Shown: positions 50,938-60,588 of the stretch, one piece after another | How the letters are laid out: the number at the start of each line of letters is the position of its first letter | Position numbering within the stretch: position 1 is the stretch's first letter | Origin: Octopus bimaculoides | Lineage: Eukaryota | Assembly: GCF_001194135.2 (NCBI RefSeq) | Contig: NC_068981.1 | Location: 30,766,230 to 30,826,817, forward strand | Reading direction: 5' to 3' | Length of the DNA: 60,588 nt | Position numbers and translations under genes: made by a program | Notes under the pieces: generated by a model | Database searches by the model: none | What the model saw: the letters and a program-made list of their open reading frames with translations, nothing else | What the model was told of the DNA's origin: nothing

Positions 50938-51021
50938 TATGTGGCAATTGCACGTCTATATATGCCTCTGCTGATAAGCGATTTGACAGTGTGCTTCCCA
51001 TGCAATACGATTTAGTGCGTA
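50938..51021 (-). CDS. candidate 84-nt symmetric phase-1 exon (RTKSYCMGSTLSNRLSAEAYIDVQLPH)
   Basis: Acceptor TTTGTTTTTAATTTATTTATCAG|, donor ATA|GTATGT, only the phase-1 frame is open. Confidence 0.3.
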
Positions 51022-52639
51022 CTGATAAATAAATTAAAAACAAATGAAAAGCTGAAACAAACAAAAATGTGACGACGAAATTCAAAAGAAGGGAAAAAGA
51101 TTTTTTAACCAACAATACTCTACTTTGAAAATATCTTATAGTTCAATAAGTACTGGGGTTTATTTATTCAAGTCCCTGAATGGTCGCAGTCCAATTACTG
51201 AAACAAGTAAAATATAAAAGATAAATTGTGTGATTTATTACAAGGCTAACACACTCCGATCTTCTCTTAAAATCATTTTCTGCTGTATCTTATTTGTTCC
51301 AATTTCACATAGGATCCTAAAATCTTTAGTTGTTGTTGTTTTTGCCAATATAATCACTTGAACATCATCATCGAATATATCCTCCGTTTTCTAAGACGGT
51401 GCATTGTTAGCTTATATTTCTGATAGTAATGGCAACACTATAGCGCTCCAACAGTGCCCAGGCGTTACGGCTACACAAATATTATTAAAAATTTTTAAAA
51501 ATTAAAAAACATTAGGTAATGAGTGAAAGCATTGTTGCCGAACATCTAAATTACATACTGCTTGTCGGTGTGCATCGGGACTTACTTGAACTGAAACAAA
51601 AAATATAGCAATAACAACAAAAACATCGCCACAGCCATGATGCCATCACTAAAGCCTCCACCAACACAATGTCAAGTGGAGAATAAAACTCTTCGAAACG
51701 TTGTGTTTTAGAAGTTAACGAAAGTAACAAAATGTCTCTTTCAAAGTGAAAAGTTTTGATAATGATAATTTATGAAAACAACGACAAACAATGACGATTT
51801 TTAACATTATGGATGACGTAACAATGATCATAAGGATTAAGTTGATGACATCGTCTGACTTTCTATTATCATCATCCTCAAAAAATATTTTTGTTGTTTA
51901 ATCACGTCATCTTTGATCAATAAGATCTCTGATGAAAAACGTCCATGTTGTAATTATTCTTTTCTCTTATTTATTTTAATTATTACTGATTTCGTAGTGA
52001 TATAAATGATTTAAGGAAAAAAGCCTTTTGGTAATGCATTGGAGAAATTAGGCAAAACACAAATTGATATGAAAAATATATTACCTTACATAAATTGCTC
52101 AATATTTCGGGAAAGATTTCCCTTTATTGATATAACTCTACACACGTTTCCTAACGTCTCAGCTATATTGCTCAAAGGGTTTTAAAAACATATCATTCAC
52201 AAATTACTGTGCTTTCAGCAAAGTACAAAGTTCTTTCATTTGTTGTGTGGTGCATGATTGTATTTTTTATCAAGTTATTTCAGCTATTACCATACTTTCA
52301 TATTTTCAGATATAGTGTATAGAAGGTTATATTAATGTATCCCTCCCTTTATTAAAGCAGAAGGGTGTGAGATTAAGGGAGATTTGACTGCTGTATTTAG
52401 CAGTCCGAACAACATTTTAGAGAATTCCTCGTTGGGTCATATTAAGGTGCTGAAGCGGGTGACGTGATGATGATGATGGTTAAGAAAATAATAAGATAGA
52501 TGAGTGATAGTGATTAGGAAGACTTCATTCTCAACAATATCAACATTAAGGATATATGATGATGGTGAAGAGAATGATGAATGAGGAAAATTAATGTAGT
52601 GATGAAACATTAGCAACCAGTTAGAAACGAAAGAATTTT

Positions 52640-53660
52640 TCTCTTTTCCAATATTATCAAAAGAGTTGTACCGAAAGTAATACAAAAGTGGGTCTAACTG
52701 TTTATTAACTGGCATTGGTCATCCAAAGTACACTGCTGGTAAAGTATATCTTCCTCTATACAAAAGAATAATCAACATCGTCTCTATCACAGTCATCTCG
52801 ACTATGCCAACTCGTTGTCTCCGTAGACTGTCCTATATATGTAAGTCAGAGTGCATCAGATCCGGAGTCAACGGTAGACGAGGGCACACTGACCAGCCTT
52901 ATTTGCTGGTAATCTTGTTTGTTGCCACAGATGTATGTGGTCGTGCATTGTCAGGCTGAATGTCGATCTCTTTTCATTCGTGATCGGTCTCTTTCTTTTA
53001 AAGGCTTCTATAAGAGTATCTCAATGTATCGCTAATTTTTCATTGTACAACAACGTTGCAGAAAATCAAGGAGAATGAAAGAGACCCTTGTCGTCTCAGT
53101 AAACAGTTAGCATTACTTTTTGCACCGATCGTTGGCTTTTGAACATTTTAGGTTGGAAAGAGAAGTACCAGCATTCCATGAACTGAGGTATCTTTTTCAG
53201 CTGCATTTCCTGTCACTAGATTGAAAAAAAATCTTGCCTTCATCGGCTTCAAACACTTCCAGCAGATCAGAACAGACTTTCATCTTTCTCTCTTTCAAAT
53301 CGTATGTCAGCTGCCGACACTTTGCAGACGCTTACTCAAAGTCTTCAACCATCTTTTGTAGTGCATTTTGATTATATTGTACCGTAAGCCCACGGGCTGT
53401 GACTTGTCTGCTCACGCGAATCTGTCCAATCTCGGGTAATTCGAGCCAATACTTGCAGTACATAGTCTCCCGACGCGTGATATATCTTTAATGATGGTTT
53501 TCTCATTAAACTTTTTCAACCCTCTGTGAACATTCCTTTTGCCGATGTTATCTCTGTAAACAACCTGTCGCTTTCCGTCAATGTTGGGAAGCTTTCACCC
53601 TTACGTCATCAAAAGCTCAATAATAGCTCGTTGCTTGTGTTCGGCATCCGTTATTTAACT
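52640..53660 (-). mobile_element. decayed mariner transposase, most of the coding length
   Basis: DAEHKQRAIIELL...RQLTYDLKERKMKVCSDLLEVFEADEG..FF..VTG...KVMLTVY*DDKG...IQPDNARPHTSVAT...GWSV...TPDLMHSD (variants of DNARPH and YSPDLAPSD), with many disablements. Confidence 0.88.
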
Positions 53661-55779
53661 GCAATAAAGAACAGGAAAAGCAGTTATAGAGGAAGAAGTA
53701 TTCTATCAACTGATGAGATTTGGCTTGTATGACTTATATGACCATATCTTTGCAGCTAGAAATTTCTCGAAGGTTCAGGCCTGCGCAATTTTTTTAAGAC
53801 CAGCAGTTTCCCTAGCATGCAAATTTGCCCTTTTCATGACATTGATATTGTCCAAGAGAAATGCAAGGAGCAATGAGCTAATGACATTTCATTGTGACAC
53901 TCTAACAATTTCCCTCAAGCTGCCATCTTAGATTGGTATTTTATTTACTGATTTCAAAAGAATGAAAGACAAATTAGGCTCGGAAGAATTTGAACTCAAA
54001 ACAAAGAGAGCCAGAAAAAATACACCAAGATACTCTCTTCCACTTTCTAAGGACTATGTCAACTCACTTTGTATAAATGTAAACACATACGCACACATAC
54101 ACACAAACATAAATATGTATTTACGCATAATGTTTAAACGTATGAGTATTAAGTATCTATATTGGTTGATTGAAGATGAAGACTTAGATGTTCGATCAGC
54201 TGCATTAACGAGTAAGTTTCACATAAGTGTGTGTGACAAAGCTTCTACACATTTTCCATCAACAAGCGATAATTTCACTCTCAAGGCATGAGTCGAGTAG
54301 AGACTATAAAAAATGACATTTACCCAGATTGGATCAAATACGGGACCTCGTCGCTACAAAGCGTATTTGTCAAACGTTTGGCTATAATGTGCCTACAGTA
54401 ACAGTAACACTAACTAGTTTTGCTATGTATCGATTACTTCCTTTCATAGATCACTTCATTTCATTCTTTTTTTGCTTGTTTTTATGTTTGAAAACAATTG
54501 TACACATCTCACCTGTATGATTTTGTCTTCTTACACATGTGTGTCATGTGTGTGTGTGTGAATGTGTTTGTGTGCGTACGTTTATGTATATATGCCTGCA
54601 TGCATATATCTTCTTGTGAATATGCATATCTAACTGAGTTAGATGAGTTTTCACAATAATTAACGTCTACTGCTGTAGTAACCCTACTCACTGTTTCCAT
54701 CTGTTTCATCGTGTGTTTAACTCGATTCGATTTATATCAACAATCTTCTTCATGTATTTTGTTTCAAAATATAATTACATACTGGTGGATTACCAGCAAT
54801 CTAATTCGCTATGATACTGGTAGGTACATCATTACAATTGGTTTTATTTTGTTCTTGTAATAGCAGAGTTGATAGTGGAAGCTCATTATTGAGATATATT
54901 GGTTTGCTTATTAGTACTACTTCTCTGCTCTTTCCTGAGATTCCACAATGGTTGTTTCTTCAGAATGAACATTCTGAAATGAGGTAGTGCTTCCTCCATC
55001 ATCACTTCCATATGTGAAATTAATCTATTTTCCGTTGGGCGAATGCAAAACATGCTTTTTATCCTACCAAATAATACCTGCTAAATACTGCCATTTGATA
55101 ACTTCCACCTGTCTTTAGTGCCAACATATATCGGTCATTGCATTTCTCTTGGACACAATATCGGTGTGAAGAAATGAAATTTGCATGCTTGCAAAACTGC
55201 TGGTCTTCTAGAAAAAGAAAAGCAAAATAAGTGCAAAAACACTTTGCATACGTCCGCAGAATGCTGGCACTGTACATAAGAAAGGAAAGGTTCTATTTTC
55301 AAAACGAGCTATATAGACAAATATAAAGGATAGGATGTATATAGGATTATCGTGTTAACGACCAAAGTTTATATAGAACATTTCAAAGATGATTCTCTAA
55401 AGAATGGCCCAAATTCAGTTGAGATAGGTGGGAAATATTCTAGCAATAACAACCAAACTTCTATTTTCTAGTAATAACATGTACTAGATAATTTTTTCCG
55501 TTTAATCCACACTGGAGACTAAATCTAAACCGTGTTAACCCCCACCTCAGAGAACATGACACTAATCTAACTTTTAAAAGAACAAAATAACTAACTTCCA
55601 TTCATTGATCTACAAGTGCCAAGGAAAACCAAAAGATATTGACTCCCCTGTTTATCGGAAACGGATAGTACTGGGGTGTCTGCTGAGCTTGTAAGTCCTA
55701 CTATTAGACTTATCATGAGTGACCCCAACAACTCCACCAAAGAAAAAAATATTGGAAATGTCTGTGGATGGATGGATCT

Positions 55780-55945
55780 TTGTCGGTTTCGACGATGAGT
55801 ATTCAGCTGTTCGATGAAGTAAATTATCAGCTCATTGAATTAGCATATAAGCGGCTGAGCATCTTCAGACACCCGTACTCTTAAAATTATTCTCAAAGAA
55901 AACCAGTGCGACACAACGTCTATAACAAAGCTGTAACTTTGGGAT
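55780..55945 (-). mobile_element. diverged SINE family B 3' half
   Basis: GTCGGTTTCGACGATGAG...AAGCGGCTGAGCA...CAGACAC..GTAC.CTTAA aligns with 25375-25520. Confidence 0.65.
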
Positions 55946-56221
55946 TATAGTTGTAATTCACCCAATGGGTTTATTCATAATTTTCAACTCTTAAAATCTA
56001 CTCAGAATGTATGCGTCCACCTGAGCTTTTAGGAAATGACAGTCTAAGATGTCACGTCTTGTGATCGACCCGAAGTACTCTTCGTTACAAAATGAAGTTC
56101 TTTAATTATTCGGTTATACTGTGCTTAGAGTATCGGGTAAAAATGATTTGAGCAGATGAATAACAAATCTGTCCACTCAAAGAATACATTCTACAGAAAC
56201 AAATCTGATTTAACATACAAG

Positions 56222-56436
56222 CTTTCTAATTTTGGCACAAGGCCAGCAACTTTGAGAGAAGGGACAAGTCGATTACAGCGACCCCAGTGCTGAGCTTGTA
56301 CTTATTTTATCGACATCAAAAGGATGGAAATTAACGTCGACCTCGGCAGAATTTAAACTCAAAACTTAAAGAGCCTGAAGAAATGCCTCTATGTCTTTTG
56401 TTCGGTGCGGCAATGATTCTGCTAACTCGCTGCCTT
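56222..56436 (-). mobile_element. SINE family C, diverged
   Basis: GTACTTATTTTATCGAC...AAAGGATG...GTCGACCTCGGCAGAATTTAAACTCA...GATTCTGCTAACTCGCTGCCTT. Confidence 0.8.
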
Positions 56437-58852
56437 TTCTAACTTATCATATAACATCTACACTCACTCTCAAGTATGAAGTAGAAATTGAACCAGCATC
56501 TACTATTATATGTGTGTATGTTTGTGTGTTCATCATATGGTGGTCGTAAAGAAGTGTCAATGTCATATAAACGATGTTCGTTTCCAGTCTTTCGTGAAAA
56601 AAAATGTCTTGCTGTGGGGAAAAATTGCCTTGTTTAGAAATAGGTGAAGGGTCGTGACTGGAAAGGCATCCGGCCATAAAACGTTTGCCTCAAAAATTTC
56701 GTCTGACCCATGCAATTATTGAAAAGCGTACGTTAATGGATGATGAAAGAGAGAGGGGAAACAACCAGAGTACTCGTATTTATTTACAAACTCTGAATGG
56801 ATGTAAGAAACGATAAAACCTTGGCGGGATTTGAACTCAGAACGTAGAGAGTTTGAACGGATACTGCAGGGCATTTTATCTCGTTGCCTATATCTTATTA
56901 TATTTTGCTAATCGTTGCATACATATGAACTCGGGTCTTTTATTTCTAAACAGTATATATGCCAATACGTAAAAGTGTATTTCATAGCGATCTTCGTTGT
57001 TCGACAAAGTGGATTTAGTTATTCGATCAACTGAATTATCTGTTACTAGATTAACGCACAAGTGGGTGAGTATTCCGCAAATTCGTGTATCCTTAACACA
57101 ATTCTTAGCGTAGCACAGTGAGTGATAAGGCTGTACGTTTTAGAATCAAACGCCAGGATTCATTAGTTTTCTCCTCCCAAATTTCACTTCATAACTTCAC
57201 CTAGCCGAGCCGAGACTATAAAAAAAGTTACATATATCCAAAATGCCACGCAGGGGAATCGAATCCGAAACTTGGTGGTTGAAAAGTGAACTTCTTAACC
57301 GTTCGGTCATGCCATGTCTCTCTCTATATATATCAGAATAACCGCTATATGACGACAAAACAAATATCAAAACTAGCATACAGTTACACATCGTACATTA
57401 ATGTGTATATGTATCTAGATAGCAGCATGTATACATAGTGTTTATCAGTATTGTGCGTGTGTTTGTTTCTTCAATCTATTATACGTGTGTGTGAGAGTGT
57501 GTGTGTGTGCGTTTGTGTGTGCGCGCGAGGAGTCGTGGTTTGTGGTAATTCAATCTGTATATAAACGTCGTGTGCATATGTATGTGTAAACTGTGACTGT
57601 GTGTGTGTGTATGGGTGTATTTCTCCATATTGTACCTGTGTGTATGTGTGCGTGTTTGCACATTCGCTTGTGCGTGGGTTTTGCATTTGTGAGTGGTTAT
57701 CTGTACAAGTGGATCTATATGCATATCTGTGTGTGCCTCTAGATTTACTAAATGCATGCATTTATATGTGCGTGTGCTTTCTGTATTTGGTGTATCTTTA
57801 TACATATGTATATATATATATATATATATANNNNNNNNNNNNNNNNNNNNNNNNNNNNNNNNNNNNNNNNNNNNNNNNNNNNNNNNNNNNNNNNNNNNNN
57901 NNNNNNNNNNNNNNNNNNNNNNNNNNNNNNNNNNNNNNNNNNNNNNNNNNNNNNNNNNNNNNNNNNNNNNNNNNNNNNNNNNNNNNNNNNNNNNNNNNNN
58001 NNNNNNNNNNNNNNNNNNNNNNNNNNNNNNNNNNNNNNNNNNNNNNNNNNNNNNNNNNNNNNNNNNNNNNNNNNNNNNNNNNNNNNNNNNNNNNNNNNNN
58101 NNNNNNNNNNNNNNNNNNNNNNNNNNNNNNNNNNNNNNNNNNNNNNNNNNNNNNNNNNNNNNNNNNNNNNNNNNNNNNNNNNNNNNNNNNNNNNNNNNNN
58201 NNNNNNNNNNNNNNNNNNNNNNNNNNNNNNNNNNNNNNNNNNNNNNNNNNNNNNNNNNNNNNNNNNNNNNNNNNNNNNNNNNNNNNNNNNNNNNNNNNNN
58301 NNNNNNNNNNNNNNNNNNNNNNNNNNNNNNNNNNNNNNNNNNNNNNNNNNNNNNNNNNNNNNNNNNNNNNNNNNNNNNNNNNNNNNNNNNNNNNNNNNNN
58401 NNNNNNNNNNNNNNNNNNNNNNNNNNNNNNNNNNNNNNNNNNNNNNNNNNNNNTATCTCTCTCTCTCTCTCTCTCCTGTATTACCATCTCAATTTTATAT
58501 TCGACAACCTATCCATCCTTAAGAACCACTCCCAAACCTTAAACTACCTCTCCCCTCTCTCTCCTCTCCTTCTCTCTTCCCCTCTTATTCTGTTCTCATC
58601 TCACTACCCCTCGCACTCCCCTTCTTTAACTCTTCCTTATATCTGTTACACAAACACTTGTTTGATACTCTTTATTTCAATATTTCATTTTCCGTTCCTT
58701 TTTTTATCTTTTATCTTAAAATTCTGCTCGGATCTATTTTCTCAGTCTCCCAGTCTTTCGCTTTCAATATATTTTCTTTCCCCACTCTTATTACTCTCTT
58801 CTTTTCCCTCCAACTACTCCCAACCACTACTCTCTCTTTGCCTACCTTTCTA

Positions 58853-59044
58853 TTACTCCATCTTTCTATTACTCTATCTTTCTATTACTCCATCTTTCTA
58901 TTACCCTACCTTTCTATTACTCTACCTTTCTATTACCCTATCTTTCTATTACTCTACCTTTCTATTACTCCATCTTTCTATTACTCTATCTTTCTATTAC
59001 CCTATCTTTCTATTACTCCATCTTTCTATTACTCTATCTTTCTA
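58853..59044. repeat. 16-bp minisatellite, 12 units (TTACTCYAYCTTTCTA)
   Basis: Period 16 read directly, within a pyrimidine-rich tract of about 1.4 kb. Confidence 0.95.
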
Positions 59045-59667
59045 TTACTCTATTTTAACATGTCTCTCCATATCCCACTTACTATTTCACTATCTCTACC
59101 TGTTTCTTTTCCTGTCCTGTTCTTTCCATTTACTCTCCTTGTTTTCCCCCCAGTTTCTCTCCCTCTTGTATTATCTCATCTTTCGTTGCAATTTCTCTAC
59201 ATCGTAGAATTTCTCTCTTTCACTCTCATGATTTCCTTTCTCAGTCCATTCTCCTCTCTCTCACTCGCTATTCTTCTCTCTCTCTCTCTTTCTCTCGCTA
59301 TTTGACTGTTTATCTTCTCTCTATCTCTTTCTCGCAATTCTTCTTTCCGTCTCTGCATATCTTTCTCTCCGCGTTTGATTCTGTCTTCTTCCTCTATATC
59401 TCTGTATTCACCCATATCTTTTCTATTTAGTTTCTTCTTTTCTCTATATTCTGGCCCCTAACTCTTCCTTCACTTCTCCCCCCCCCCATCTCTCTCAATC
59501 TTTCTCTCTCAAACTATATACCACTCTAATCATATCCCTACCCCATTCTCATATACAACATCAGCCCTATCTTTCTCAACCGCCTTGCATCACTTTCTGT
59601 CATTCCCAATCTCTCGTTCTATTTTCATCACACTTTCACGCCGCTATTATTGCTCTCCCTATAACTC

Positions 59668-59708
<41 letters not shown>

Positions 59709-59776
59709 NNNNNNNNNNNNNNNNNNNNNNNNNNNNNNCTTTTCCCTTCATTCTTTTTCTTTTTCATTTACAAGTC

Positions 59777-59882
59777 CTCTCTCTGCCTCTCTCGCTCTCT
59801 TTGCCTCTCTCGCTCTCTCTGCCTCTCTCGCTCTCTCTGCCTCTCTCGCTCTCTCTGCCTCTCTCGCTCTCTTTGCCTCTCT
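59777..59882. repeat. 18-bp minisatellite (CTCTCTGCCTCTCTCGCT), about 6 units
   Basis: Direct reading. Confidence 0.95.
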
Positions 59883-59895
59883 TTTTCTCTCTCAC

Positions 59896-59970
59896 TATGT
59901 CTTCTATAACTCCTAGTATTTCTATCGCAAGAACAATCAAAGCCCGCAGAACAACTTCTTTCATTGTCAT
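59896..59970 (-). CDS. candidate first coding exon with signal-peptide-like sequence (MTMKEVVLRALIVLAIEILGVIEDI)
   Basis: ATG at 59970, basic residue then hydrophobic core, donor ATA|GTGAGA (phase 0), and a CpG-richer unique segment just upstream (59990-60170). Confidence 0.3.
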
Positions 59971-60588
59971 CAGACTTGGAAACTAATTAATTTGTAGTAT
60001 AAATACACGAAGCTTGCTCGTTCCCGAAGCAGGTGTAAAGGCGTAGAAACTTCGCCAGGAGCGCAAAGCAGCAGAGAGATTCAACGCTGAGAAACAGCCA
60101 TGAAAGCTAGTACGGCGAGAATGCGCAAGTTAGCAATCAAAGAACAAACAGCTACGTCCATGTGTATATATGAAGACAGGTCTATGTGTAAGCAATTCAT
60201 TACTGTATGCATGTACGTATGTATGCATGTATGTGTGTATGTATGTGTGTACGTATGTATGTATGTATTATGTATGTGTGTATGTGTGTATGTATGTATG
60301 TGTTCTGAATCTCTGCCTGTATATGCGTTTATGCCAGTACACATATACATGTATAAACATATATACGTATATCCATATACACACGCACAAACACATACAC
60401 ATTCACATATGCGTACGTAATTGGACGAAGCGTTTTTCTTTACCCGTAAATACACACAGATACATACATACATGCATATGAACATGCATACGTACGTATA
60501 CACACATGCACACACATAAATATATGTATGTATATAAGTATATATAGATATATATGAATATACATTATATATATATATATATATATAT

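Noticed and set aside
58853-59044. CRISPR-like array
   Set aside because: Contiguous units without unique spacers, no cas genes, eukaryotic context.

Overview
AT-rich eukaryotic genomic DNA, not prokaryotic. It is most likely octopus, inferred from the tRNA-derived SINE families, extreme microsatellite density and draft-assembly style. About 5.7 kb (15 gaps) is N. Nearly all long ORFs in the supplied track are artefacts of microsatellites or N runs. Well supported: one intact tRNA-Gln(CTG) gene (14619-14690, minus strand); many copies of at least three SINE families, two with clean 11-bp target-site duplications; decayed LINE fragments (CR1-like RT, R4/Dong-like); four Tc1/mariner transposase relics; fold-back/MITE-like inverted repeats; a 378-bp near-identical direct repeat; and mini- and microsatellites. 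I recognise no host protein-coding gene. There is a set of short exon-like segments with good splice signals. On the minus strand some can be chained into a small protein with a signal-peptide-like start spanning about 53 kb, but several alternative chains fit equally well, so this is only a hypothesis for RNA-seq testing. I see no solid evidence of a new biological system. The best leads are that possible gene, a composite fold-back repeat present at two loci, a duplicated micro-exon-like cassette, a chimeric SINE and an anonymous protein-like relic.
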